From contig NW_003314280.1 of the NCBI RefSeq assembly GCF_000143415.4, positions 558,001-622,000 of the forward strand: DNA of 64,000 bases, read 5' to 3'. This stretch comes from Selaginella moellendorffii (lineage: Eukaryota; Plantae; Lycopodiophyta). The notes beneath the pieces are model-generated. The model was given only the letters and a program-made list of their open reading frames with translations, was not told the DNA's origin and searched no databases. Each line of letters begins with the position of its first letter. Within the stretch, counting starts at the first letter, position 1. The translations under genes and the position numbers were made by a program. This document shows, piece by piece, positions 33,722-46,609 of the stretch.

Positions 33722-35068
33722 ATGAAAGCGTCGGTGAAGCTGAGAGAGGGCGATCAGCCGCTGCTGCGAGCAAAGCTCCCGCTGAGCTTGCTCGGGGTGC
33801 CGATCGTGTCAGGGATCGCGCTGGGGAGCTCGCGCGAGCTCTCGTTCCATCTTGGAACCCTATTCCAGACAGGGCCTTCTTGCAGGATCACGTACAGGCC
33901 TAACAGTGGAGAATGCCCGCTGTCGCTGCTGATCAAGAGTGGATTCGGGGTGTGGGGATCGCCGACGGACGCGCCGCTCGTCATGGCCGCGGAATTCAAG
34001 CTCTCCAGCAAAGGTACGCCGTCTTTGGCCGTCCAGGTGAAGCCCCGGCTGGGAAATTTCAGTCTCAGGAAGACCGCTGTCTCGCCAAGCCCGATCGCGC
34101 AGCAAGAATCGATCAAGGACAGTGCTAGCGGCCAGGAAGAGCCGCAGGAAGGATCTTTTCTTGGATCGAGCAAGGCTAGTGTGGGTCTTGGTCCTGGGTC
34201 GAGGATCGAAGTGATGCCAAGGACTCCTGAGAAGATTTCGCCCGACTTGGCCACCTTGAGCACTTTTAAAGCTAGCAGCCCGCCTTCTTCCGAGGGAAGC
34301 AGCATTGTCATGGTGGAAGACGTCGAAGACGATCATCAGGACGATCATCTCAAGGCTGCTGCGCCAAGCATCGAGCAGGGCTTTGAAGATCATCCTGTCG
34401 ACCTCCACGTCAAGACTGGACATCTAGCGCAGGCTCCCGGGAATGGTAACTGGAGCTTGGTCGCTCACACTGCGCTTCCTCTGGGTCGTCATGCGGTGGC
34501 TAGCGTACGCTGGCGAGTCAAGCTCGACTCCGATATCCTCGAGAGCTTCAAAAACGAGACGGACATCTTCTCGTTCAAAAAGCTCCCGGTTCTCGTTGTG
34601 GACAAGCTGAGCGTCAAGTCTCTGGAAGATCTAAACAGGCTGCGGACAGTCACGACGAGCACACTGCCGGTGCTTGACAGTGACGAGGCCATTGCACTTT
34701 CCGGCTTGATCAGAGAGCCCGAGCCTCCAGAGCTGGGAAAGGTGGCGAAGCTCTGCTCGTCAATGAAGCGTGAGCTTCATTTGCTTCACGCCGAGAACGA
34801 GGTTCTTAAGAATACCATGGAGGACATGAAAGCCGAGCTTGGGAGCAGTAAAAGAAGCGGCAAACGATCTCCATCGTACATGGTCATGGACAAGGAAATG
34901 CAGCGACAGTTTTCTAGCAATGGGAATCACCACCGCGGTCGTGACCACCACCAAGAGCAGCATCAGGAGCAAAGGCCAGCGTCGCCAAAATCCAACAAGT
35001 CGGGAAGGAGAGATCAGGAACTCGAGCTTGCTAACAAAACATCTGGGATTCGAGCAAAGGAACTCTAA
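33722..35068 (+). CDS. Intronless conserved plant protein of unknown function (At3g57990-like) with C-terminal coiled coil
   Basis: MKASVKLRE..PLLRAKLPLSLLG.P..SGI, GPS.RITYRPN, VKPRLGNFSLRK, LPVLVVDKL. Confidence 0.88.
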   Translation: MKASVKLREGDQPLLRAKLPLSLLGVPIVSGIALGSSRELSFHLGTLFQTGPSCRITYRPNSGECPLSLLIKSGFGVWGSPTDAPLVMAAEFKLSSKGTPSLAVQVKPRLGNFSLRKTAVSPSPIAQQESIKDSASGQEEPQEGSFLGSSKASVGLGPGSRIEVMPRTPEKISPDLATLSTFKASSPPSSEGSSIVMVEDVEDDHQDDHLKAAAPSIEQGFEDHPVDLHVKTGHLAQAPGNGNWSLVAHTALPLGRHAVASVRWRVKLDSDILESFKNETDIFSFKKLPVLVVDKLSVKSLEDLNRLRTVTTSTLPVLDSDEAIALSGLIREPEPPELGKVAKLCSSMKRELHLLHAENEVLKNTMEDMKAELGSSKRSGKRSPSYMVMDKEMQRQFSSNGNHHRGRDHHQEQHQEQRPASPKSNKSGRRDQELELANKTSGIRAKEL

Positions 35069-35417
35069 AGAAGACGGAGTTGCCGTGAAGTGATATGGAC
35101 GGAAAGACAGAAGTGGTCCCGCTGGATGGAAAAGAAAAAGCGTGAGCTGCTTTGGTATGGGTGGGGGTATCGCGGGATATGATACAGTCAAACCTGATAT
35201 TTTAGATTCCAGGTTTTGGAAACAGTGCTTTGGGAGATGTAAAGTCGGGCAAAGCGGCTAGTCGCCACTTGGGCTTTCGAATTATTGCCGCGTGTATTCG
35301 GGATGGAACTCGTGTCTTCACTGGAGACGGCCCGAAGACACTAGAACCTTTTTTATAAGGAGGAAAGAGGGAAGGGACCAGTCTATAGACGAGGAGGGTG
35401 TGACGTGACGAGCAGAT

Positions 35418-37303
35418 ATGGAGGCGATCGTTGTGAAAAGTTTGATGCCAGGAGCTCACCAGCTCGCTGGAATCAGGTGCTGTTCTTCACAGCAGCAGCT
35501 ACTGCCTCAGAGCAGATTGATTTGCCAGAGTCCGGGAGCGATGTCGTTGAATTCAAGCAACAGGTTGTGCGTGGATCGACGAAGTCGGGTGAGGAGCAAA
35601 GCCACGGAGTCCACATCCGAGGTGCCAACCAGCGAGAGGTCAGAGGAGACGAAGGAACTCGTGGCGGAGTCGCTGAAGAAAGTTGCCGAGGCGGAGATCC
35701 AGCAAACAAAGGAGTACCTGGAGAACGTTGCCGATAATGGTACTGCTGATCCAGCCACTCTGCCTCGGGAAGAAGTTCTGGAAACGAAGCAAGGTGATCC
35801 GGCTGTCGTCGAGCGAGAACCACAACCGGAGTTTGAACCACAGAAAGTTTCAAAGTCGCGAGGTGGCAACATCAAGTGCGATCCTCTCAACGTTGTTCTT
35901 TTCCAGGTACGTAGTCGTGATGCTTCGGTCGAAAACGAGTTATGATCTTTTGTGTTGCCTTTCAGGGATTTAATTGGGAGTCGTGGAGGAACCCTTGCTG
36001 GTATGATGTACTGATGAACACTGCAGAGGACTTGGCACAAGCTGGAGTCACGGACATTTGGCTGCCTCCAGCAACCCATTCTGTGGCACCACAAGGTAAG
36101 AACTTGTGTCTCTCGTTTTCGTGGATGTGGATGACTTTTGTTTTGTTTCTTCAGGCTACATGCCTGGAAGGCTCTACGACCTGAATGCGTCAAAGTACGG
36201 GAACGAAGAGAAACTAAAGCAAGTCATCGACAAGTTCCACTCTCATGGCATCAGATGCATCGCAGACATTGTGATCAACCATAGGTGCGGGGACTCTCAA
36301 GACCAGCGGGGGGTGTGGTGCATTTTCGAGGGTGGAACTCCGGACGAGCGTCTCGACTGGGGACCCTGGGCCATCACAAAGGACGACTACGCATACAGCG
36401 ACGGCTCTGGGGCTCCAGACACGGGTGAAGACTTTGGTGCCGCTCCAGACATCGACCACACCAATCCCAGAGTCCAGGACGACCTCGCAGGCTGGATGAA
36501 GTGGATGAAGGAAACGATTGGCTTCGATGGTTGGCGGTTTGATTTCTCCAAAGGCTACGCCGGAAGTTACACAGGTCTCTACATCGAGAGAACCACACCG
36601 GAGTTCTCGGTTGGGGAATTCTGGACGAACCTCAACTATGGTCCGGATGGTAGCGTCGAGTATAACCAGGACAGTCACAGGCAGGAGGTAGTCGATTGGA
36701 TCAATGCCACCGGTAATCGCTCCACAGCTTTCGACTTCACGACCAAAGGAATCCTCCAGGAGGCCGTCAAGAACCAGTTTTGGAGGCTGAGAGATCCCAA
36801 CAACAAGCCAGCTGGAGTGATCGGCTACTGGCCCCAGAAAGCGGTGACATTCGTCGACAACCACGACACCGGATCCACGCAGAAGCACTGGCCGTTCCCA
36901 GCGGACAAAGTTATGCTTGGATATGTCTACATTCTCACGCATCCCGGCATTCCATGCATCGTAAGTTCTTCCAAAGTTCAGGGAACTCTTCTTCTTCGTT
37001 TCATTGATTTCTTCTAACATTGTCCTTTTACATGTATAGTTCTATGATCACTACTACGAATGGGGGCTCAAGGACGAGATAAAAGCTCTTCTCGAGGTCC
37101 GGAAGCGCAACAACGTAGTGGCTAATTCCAGCGTCAGCATCATCGCTGCTGAGGAGGACGTCTACGTGGCGTCCGTGGCGGACGGCAAGCTGGTGGTGAA
37201 GATGGGGCCCAGGTTTGACATTGGTGACATGGCGCCCAGCTCGGACGAGTTCGCCATCGCGGCTCTTGGCAACGAGTACTGCGTGTGGGAGCGAAAGAAT
37301 TAG
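35418..37303 (+). CDS. AMY: Alpha-amylase (GH13) with N-terminal plastid-type extension, 4 exons
   Basis: [63 protein letters not shown]. Confidence 0.96.
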
Positions 37304-37869
37304 GTGGCGGTACACGTGGTGGTAGTTGAGTGTCCACGTTCACGCCAAGCTTGTGTTGCCCGGTCACGGGAGAGACAAAAGTGGGTCAATCGAAGCCGTC
37401 CCTTTCGGGGTAATTGCGACCGTCCAATTGGAATCTCAAGTGAGGCCGTCGGATGCCGGTGGTGCCGACGGCCCCGATCACCCCATTGCCGGAAGGACCA
37501 TTCTTCAATCGATGCATCGTTTTGTTCCAAGGGCGCTTGACTGTGGCGGGAGGAGCGCGCATGGAAATGGAGCGGTCGGGGCGACTGGATCGTGTCGCGG
37601 CACCATAAATATCACTCGCGAGCGCCATCGCATTCTAATTCTTTGCTTTTTCAATCGCTTTCGACCGCGGCACAGAAGCTTTTATTCAAGCTCTGGCGCT
37701 GCTGCTGCTGCGAGGTACGGTTGGATTGATTGTTCATTTGATTGCTAGCTAGGGATTGGATTTTTCACTTTCTTTGTTCGTGTTCTTGAGGTAGTTCTTT
37801 GTTGTTTTTTTTTTTTATCTCTATTTTTGATTTAGAATCTTTGTGTTGTTTGGTAAGCAGCGTGGAGCT

Positions 37870-39035
37870 ATGGCTCATTTGAGAGAGTATGACGATATCC
37901 AGTACTGGGATAAGAGGTATCTGGATGAAGGAGATGATACTTTTGATTGGTATCAGCGATTCAAAGAGCTCAAGCCTCTTTTGTGTCGTTATATCAAGAA
38001 AGATTCACGCATTTTGATGGCTGGCTGTGGAAACGCTGGTGAGTTTTTCCTGTGTTTCCTTCTTCTCTTGTGTGACAATCTCACCGGATATTTGGAACTT
38101 ATCGTGCAGTTCTCTCCGAGGAAATGGTTTTGAATGGATTCAAGGAGATCGTAAACATCGATTTCTCGTCGGTCGTGATCAAGAAAATGCAGCAAAGGCA
38201 CCGCCACATTCCTCAACTAACTTGTATCTTCTATCCTTGGTATAGCCATTTAAACGGCTCGCTATGACGTGCTTGGTGGCTGGTTCTAATCACAGTTTTC
38301 TCTCTTTCTTTTCTTTCAGATGTGACCATGGATGTGCGTAACATGGCTGTGTTTGGGGACAACTCTTTCGATGCCGTGATCGACAAAGGTAACGAACCAT
38401 TTCGTATTCTACTTTCTTTTCTGATCGAAGTAAACAACGCTCTTACATTGTCAGGGCTGATGGATTCCATGCTGGTGAGTATGGCTGTTTTTGAGCTCTC
38501 GTGAGTTGTCGCGTTTGTGACCTTGCTCTGTGCATGCCAGTGTGGATCGAATGGATTTATAGACGTCAGCTTCATGCTGGAGGAGACTCGGAGGTTAGTT
38601 TTCTGCCTTTCCTTACTCCAGTTCTTTGTGCCCGTAACAAGCTTTTTAGCTCAGGGTATTAAAACCAGGAGGAGTCTTCATACTGGTATGCTCAATCGTA
38701 AGCTTCCGCTGCAAAAGAATTGATCGGTAGCTCCGTGTTTAAACAGATAACTTACGGTGAGCCACTCCTCAGGATGCACCATCTCAAGCACCCGGCATTG
38801 GACTGGAAAGTTGTGCTTCACCTCACTCGTAAGATCGTCTTCTCTTCATTTTTCTTGTCCAGATTTCGAGTTTCCTTTGTTCCGGCTTACAGCCAAACCG
38901 GGTACCACAGCGTACATCCCGGAAGCATACGCAGGTGCGATACCAATGAATGGCAACTGGGAGTGTGATTTCTTGCTCGGGATCTCTGATCCCGACATTA
39001 ATTTTGTTTACGTTTGTACCAAGCCTTCGTCCTGA
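37870..39035 (+). CDS. Class I SAM-dependent methyltransferase (EEF1AKMT4/METTL13-N-like)
   Basis: YWDKRY..FDWYQ, ILMAGCGNA, IDFSSVVI, MDVRNM..F..SFDAVIDKG.MDS, ITYGEP. Confidence 0.92.
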
Positions 39036-42000
39036 TCAAGTTCTCAGGATGTTTGAGCTAAACAAAGACAGGCATTCATTGTCCAAGTTCACTGCAAAGT
39101 TCTTAAAAACTCCAGTCCATTTTTTCGCTTGTGGTTGTAGCATCTTTACAGTGAAAGCAAATAAAGCTAGTTCTAGGGTGGAACATATCTAGATCGCAAG
39201 CGTGGCGTAAGTTACTCCAAAAGTGTCGAGCTCGATGGGCCAGTTTTTTCAGTTTACATTTGCCACACCACTAAGACAATGACAAAAGTACCAAGTGCGA
39301 TGCACGCACACCAATTCCAGCTTGTTTGCGCTTTTGTTTTCTTCCACCTGGACTAAGTCTTGGTTTTAAGATGCTCTACTTATTCGTTGTTAAAATAATT
39401 TGAGACGAGGAACTTGGGACGAAGCAAGAAACTTAAACGCGGTAATAAAAGCCTTTTACTGGCTTGAATGCTCAAGTTCAATGGGATCATGCAAGCTCGG
39501 TGACTTTGCACTGAGCTTCTCTTTGTTAACTTACGATACCATGGATGTCTATGCGAATTTAAGCTTTGCCAGCCAAGTCTAGTGAGGATGGAATGGACGT
39601 TTGAAGATCTGGAGATGTCCAAAACTTTGTGCTCACAATAAGAATTGCGGTTCTTGCAGTAGCTTTGAGTGCTCTTTGTCCATCTACACTGAGACAAAGT
39701 CATGAATTGCAATTAGGTTTTTCTTCCATAGAAAGCTTCCTTTGCGTTTGTTTAGATGGAGCTTTCAATGAATTCTTAGCAAAATTGATGACTCTTTTTA
39801 ATGTTGTTCTTCCATTTGACTGGGGTGCATTCAACACATAAGCAGTCTCCTTTGTCTATTTCCAGCGAAAGATCTTTCAAAACCGGCGAGTCTTTTTGCT
39901 GATGCTAGCTCCCTGTTCTCGACTAAACATCGCTTATCTTAATCCGTTGTGGCTGATTAGAAAACCATACGTCCTGACGAGGCCGCATATTCCACCCCGG
40001 AGCTTTGACACAGACTCCCTTATCTCTTCCCCAAGACGACGAAAGCCTTCCAACCACACAAAACAAAGCGTTCAAACTTGGTCGTGGGGCTTAAACAAAT
40101 TAAAGCATCCAAATTGTATGGTCCAGCCCACAAACACATAAAAAATAGCTCTTAATATCTTACCACTGTTTGTGCACGGGCTCTTGATAGAGTGATGGCG
40201 AGAAAAACCTCTAATCTATGATCTATCAAAAGCAATGGGAGTTTGTAGCGGTTTTCTCTGCATCGTAGAAGTTAACAACAAGACAACTCTGCGCTGCTGT
40301 CGGTCAAAAGGGGTGTGAGAGCTCTGATTCCACCGCCGGAAAAAGATAGAGCTTGGAGTTCAAGCGAGCCACAGGGATGGAGCACGCGGGCAGTCCCCGT
40401 TGTGCCAGGCAAGGATTCAGGGGGTCCTCAGCAAGGATTAACAAAAGATATATACTCCAAATCCATCTCTTTCTCTCCTCACATTGCCCAATCTGGGGAA
40501 TTTCCAAGGCTTTGCGTGACTGGGACTCAACACACACACACACACACGCACTCCACTCCTGCTCTTCCACCAGGGAATCCGGGGTTCTCCATTACTCGAA
40601 CCGTGATCTCATCCTCCTCCTCAAGCTTGTGATTCGAGGAGATTTTGCAGGAGCAAAGCAAAGAAACTTAATCATCTCGATCTAGAAACCTGGGGCTTTG
40701 GGAAACCCCTCGCTCGAGGCATCAATCAGCTACAAAAAGATTGGAAACCAAAAAAGAAGGCCCATTTTTGTAAGTGTAAAGGTTCGTATCAATCAATCAC
40801 TCGTGGGTCAAACCCGGTTCAAACGAGAATATCCAGGGGCATTTGCCCGTTAGATAATATTCCCTTCCATGCGTGCATTCATGCATGTATGTATGGGGGT
40901 CTGTATGACCCATGCATGTGCCATGGCATGTCTGGCTCGAAGCCTACATCACCGCGGAGACTGTCGAGTTTCCAGCCGACGCCACCGGCGGGTTCCCGGC
41001 GAGTGCGCCGCAAAAATTGTCGGGCCAGGTGGCGGCGGCCCACCGAGCATGAGAAAAGAGACAAAAGCAAAGCTCCCCTATTCTATCCTCCTGTCTGGAG
41101 GATTTACTAGACTTTTGCTCCAAGGCTGGATAGATGGCGGTGGAAACTTCTCACAAATTCCAATACTCTTCCATCCAGTGGTGGGAGGATTTTTTGTTTC
41201 CCAGGCATTGGAAACCAGCCACGAAGATTGAGGATGTTTCCAGACGATCCAGGTGTATGTGCGGAAAGCAAGCAAATGCAAATGCAAACCAACGAACGGA
41301 AAAAAAAAATCTGTTATTGCTGCTTGTTGCTGGCGTGCGTGTGATTCCCACTGCCTGCCCCTTTGCGCCTCTGCGGCGACCGCGTTCGATCGACAGCAAA
41401 CGATTGCAAATTTGACCAGCATCAGAAAAAACTATGAGTAAATCACCGTCTAAGTCTAAGCGCCCCTTTTTCGCAGTAAGACACTTGGACATGGCAGAGA
41501 ACAACGCGCGTAAAGCTCCAAAAGGGTCTTGCAGAGGTCACATTTTGGCGCTCCACTGTGGGGATTCCTACAGCGACCTGGAAATCATTCGCAAGATCAG
41601 TCGAATTTGGTGACGCGCGAGAGGAGATTCGCTTGAAAATGCCATGGGGTATGGGTGAGATGGCATGGGCATGAGTGATATACCATCCCATGACATCATG
41701 ACCCATGGATGCTGATGATTTGCCATCATCATGATTGGCCATGTCTGGCCATGCTATCACGACCGTCCGTCCTTGACTGAGAACGTCCCACGTACACACA
41801 GCACACGCGCGCGGGGACCTCGACGCTCGCCCGATCCCTCGCATCGTCATCGTCCACCCAGCCTACAAGAAACCATAGCAAATGCTTTTTGATCAAATTA
41901 CATGCCACCTAATCTCTCAACTGAGAAGCATAGAATAATATCCTGGGCAGAGGATTCACCTCATGGTTATGGTCTCAATTGCGTATTTTCTATATCCCAG

Positions 42001-43929
42001 GTGAAGTGCTGAGTGGCGCTTCTGCGTTTCCAGGAAAAACAAGAAAAGCGAGCGCCCACCGCCTCGTTCGGTTCCGAAGGATCGGTTGATTTGGTTTTGC
42101 AATGGTTTCGAGGCAAAGGGAAAAGTACTCACTATATTACCTTTGGTTGTTAAACTATAGGTATAAACAAGAGGATCATGACAAGGAGAGAACATGCTGG
42201 TCGATCATACAATAGCTTAGACGATTATCATTTTCTCTCACACTCACACACACAGCCTAAGTTGGTGGGAGGGGATGATGAAAGGTTGGTGGTGACATTA
42301 TGCCAGCACAATCACACGGCGTCCGTACGGTTCCCCTCTCAACCGAACACTTTCACCGCGCCAGGAACCCTAATTCCCGAATCAATGCGCGGAGAGCGAT
42401 GGCTGCCACCCGCCGGAGGATGGAAATCGTGGAATGGGAATGGAAGGGGATGGAATCGATGGATGGGCGGGGAGGAGATTTGAATCATGACCAGGTCTTG
42501 GGGCTCACACCTAGGAATTGTGTCCGCCCCGTACGATTGGGCTAGGAAACGAGCAAAGAGTTAGGGACAGATAGATAGAACCCTAACAGGGTCAGGGTGG
42601 TGGTGGTAGTCCCGTACGCGAGAACTGAAGCATCAAATCAGAACGAGTGGGGCTTTTCACATGAGAATCTGGTGAAATCAACGTGCATTCAATCACCAGG
42701 GCCAACCTGGGTTAAGGACTAGGCCACCTTTTTATGTTGGTAATTAGGCCTTCTTTAACCCTTCTATTTTACCATGAGGCATAAAACTTACATGAGACCC
42801 GACCAATTCTCCGTCAATGGCTACCCATGTTCTCTAGAGAAACTATAGGCCGGAATATGCCTGGGAGTGAGAGGTCTCGCGCTCGATTCCCATCCCATTG
42901 CCAGCCGGAACGCACATAGAAAACGGGCATAAGTATATGTTCTAAGGCACTGCTTAGAGTTTTGTTGTCTGGCTCTCCGCGGATCGAGCCTTTTTTTCCT
43001 TGCTAGCAATAGTTCTTCCTTTCGATCCATGTCCATCGAGAGGGCGTGCTAGATTGATTCATCCACAAGTGCTGAAAGATTGAGCACATTTTGCTTCTGA
43101 TCGATCGATCTATGGCACAAGGCACGGACTTTGGATGGAAGAGAGCGGACGCCACCGAGAGATGGGACACGGTCGTAGCCATCTAAGCGAGCGAGCGGGC
43201 GAGCGATCGAGGAGGGAGCTTTTCTGGCGCTCTCTTCTTTTCCTTCCACTGGATTCTGATTGATTTCTCTTTGTCTGTCGATTTGGGGGAAGAACAGAGA
43301 GGATAGGACGTCCTGAGCGCTTGGAAGGCTTTTTAGAGGTGTGCGCTGTGCCGCTGTGTCAGTCGAGGACGATCGAGATACCGATCGAGATTGATCGATC
43401 CATCGCCATCACGCTCGCGCAATAGCCGGAGGAGTATCCGGATCCGAGACCCAGTGGCAGAAATCCCCTGCCATTTGTTCCCTCGATCATCATCTCCCTC
43501 TCACAAGGACCAAACAGCCACAACTATAAGATCTCGAGCGAAGAACCAGAGTTTTGGGCGATTTCATTGCGCGCGCTAAGCTAATCTCCTCCCTTTGGAG
43601 CATTGTAGTGGTACCCAACGACAGCCGTGGCAGCCATCGCTGTGGCCTCCCTGCGTGTTCTTGACTGATTTTGCTGGGTGGATAGACAACACCACCATTT
43701 GGTCCCGGCAGCGATCTTCCGGATCGTTTTTTTTTCCTGCTCTGGAGCAAGGTATGGAAGACAGACAAGAACTGATGTGATGATTCGGATTTTTGTTTGT
43801 TCTCTAAAGATCTCTCTCTCTCTTTCATGCAGGGGGTCTCTTTTTCCTCATCTTTCCTCAAAGAGTAAGATCCAGGGGTCGGTCCTTGCATCGCACTTTG
43901 TTTTTGTCTCTCTTCCCCCGTGAGACGAA

Positions 43930-46225
43930 ATGGGAGCCAAGCGGAGTGATTTCTGGCCGCGACAGCTGATCCGGAGGCTGCTCAAGTCCTCCGGGGATCA
44001 CGAAGCGCTCAGCTGCTCTTCCGACGAGGTGATGAGCGACTATGAAACTGGTATGCCTTTGTTTTTCCTTCTCGCTTGTGATCGATGGGAAGTTCTTGCA
44101 GATGGGTCGGCTCCTCGCGAAGTCCCGGTGATGCTGGTGCGTGGAATTTCCGAGACGCTCTTCTCGGATCACATCAACATCGAGGAAATCAAGTAAGAAA
44201 GACGAAGAAAAACTCTGTTTGTTTAATGCCACTTCTGTGCTTGATGACCGATCTCCTCGCTTTTCCTCTTCAATGTCTCGCTAGAGTGATGACCGCGACT
44301 TGGAATGTTGCTGGACGAAGCCCACCCAGCGATCTGGACGTGGAATCGTGGCTGGGCGCCACAACTGAGGAGGAACTGGCCGACATCTACGTGATTGGGT
44401 GAGTGATTTTTCTTTTCTCGAAGTGACCGATGGAAGAAGAGACTCTTCTCTCGTCATCCATCTCGACCGGCAGCTCCCGAGCTCCTACTAAGAAAAATCC
44501 CGCTGTGATCCACCAGGTTCCAAGAGGTAGTCCCGCTAAACGCCGGCAACGTTCTTGGGGGCGAGCACGAGGGCGCCGCCACGATCAAGTGGGACAACCT
44601 CATCAGCCGCGCGCTCAATCGCTCCAAATCGCCCATCCTCCCGCCCGCGGCATCGCACCACCGCCGCAGCATCTCGGTGGATCGCGTCAACCTCGCGCTG
44701 GTGGCCGATCAACCGATCACCCTCCCACCGGCGGCGGCGGCGCCGCCATCCTCCTCGTGGAAGAGCAAGCGGCGATCGTCCAAGAAGAGAAACATGGTGG
44801 TGATGCCCACCAACGGCGATGGATGGTTCGCCACCGCGCTCTCGGACGAGGACGAGGCGGCGCTTCCGTCGCAGCAGGGGACGCGATACCTGCGCATTGC
44901 GAGCAAACAGATGGTGGGCATCTTCATCTCGGTGTGGGCTCGCGCGGGCATCCAGCCAGCGATCCGCAACATCAAGGTCTCGTGCGTGGGCTGTGGATTG
45001 ATGGGCTATCTCGGCAACAAGGTGAGAACTCTTGCTTGGCTCTCGTCTTGATCGAGTTTGCATTGCTTGGTTTCTTTCTTCTTTGATTTGGCTGAGTGAT
45101 CTAGCTAGCAAGCTAGAGGAGGAGGAGGAGGAGGAGGAAGAACTGACTGTTCTTGGGCAGGGATCAATCGCGGTGAGCTTGTCCGTGCACGAGACGAGCT
45201 TTTGCTTCGTGTGCTCGCATCTCACGTCGGGAGAGAGGGAGGGCGACGAGCTGCGCAGGAATGCCGACGTTACGGAGATTCTCCGCCGAACGTGTTTCCA
45301 TCGCCCAAAGCTCACCTGGCCCGAGATGCCAGAGACAATCATGGGACACGAGTGAGTTCCCTCGAATCCATTCCCCATATCCATATCCTCGCATTCTTCT
45401 TCATTCATTCATTCATTCATTGACAAACAAAAAGCACTAACTTTTTTTCTCTTTTTTGTTTCTTTCTTCTTTCTTCTTTCAGTCGGATCATCTGGCTCGG
45501 CGACCTCAACTATCGGATAGCTCTGCCGGATGCTCAGACCCGGCTGCTCATTTCCAGACGAGATTGGCAAACGCTTCTGCGGCGCGACCAGGTAACGTGT
45601 GCACCGTGCTTTACTTTTCTCCGCGGCCCAGAGCTGGATTTCTTATACTTGTTGTTTGCTCTCGCCTTGCAGCTGAGGACGGAGAAGATGGCAGGGAGAG
45701 TTTTCGATGGCTGGCAAGAGGGCTGCATTGAATTCCCGCCAACTTACAAGTACGTGATTAACTCCGACCGATACTCTGGCCTGCTGCTCAAAGCTGGCGA
45801 GAAACGAAGAACGCCTGCCTGGTAAGAAGGAATCACAGCTCTCATCCGTGGCATGAAAGGAGAGAATATAAACTTTTGTGTGCTACCTGTATGTAGGTGC
45901 GATCGAATACTTTGGTACGGGAAAGGACTGAGGCAGCTCGAGTACCGGAGATCCGAGTCCAGGTTCTCCGACCACCGCCCCGTGTCCGCAGTTTTCCTAG
46001 CCGAGGTGGACGTGTTGGAGGACTCCAAGCTCAAGAGACTGTGGAGCTTCTCCAAGGCGAACGAAAACCTTCTCGCTTTCACGGAGCCGAGCATGGGCCT
46101 CGGCAATCAGCAGCAAAGTAACGACTCTGAGGTGCGTGGAAGTATTCCTTCCAGTCGTTGTTCCTTGTTCTCAGCCGCTCTTTCTTCTTTCTTGGCAGGT
46201 TGTATCGGCCATACCTGTGTTCTGA
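43930..46225 (+). CDS. Type I/IV inositol polyphosphate 5-phosphatase (CVP2-like)
   Basis: [81 protein letters not shown]. Confidence 0.96.
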
Positions 46226-46609
46226 GGTTCAAAACCATTGACAGGCAAAACAAATTAGTTCCTTCCGGAAGTGAAGACCGAAGTGCTCACTCATTCACTC
46301 GATCACGTCTTGTACATTCTTCTCTTTTTCTTCTTTCTATGAAAGGTAGTCTGACCGAGCCGGAAAGCAATGTAAAATATAGCCAGGAGTTCCGGGGCAG
46401 CAGTCTTTTTCGAGGGAAGATTTGTTTCTCTCTGGCTGCCTACAACATCCTTGTAATCTGCTCTACTGCCATCTTACACAAGTAGAGTTCAAGAAAAAAA
46501 AAAGAAAAAAAAAGTACCTAGCCTTTCGCTGGTTGCTTCCAGTCTCACAAAAGCTTTCTAGAAGCTGCAAAGGGCAAACAACAACAGTTAATTCGCGAAT
46601 GATTTTATT

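Noticed and set aside
36214-37020. 268-aa minus-strand ORF
   Set aside because: Antisense shadow of the alpha-amylase exon
44430-45408. Long alternative-frame and antisense ORFs
   Set aside because: Overlap GC-rich 5-phosphatase exons; no independent motifs
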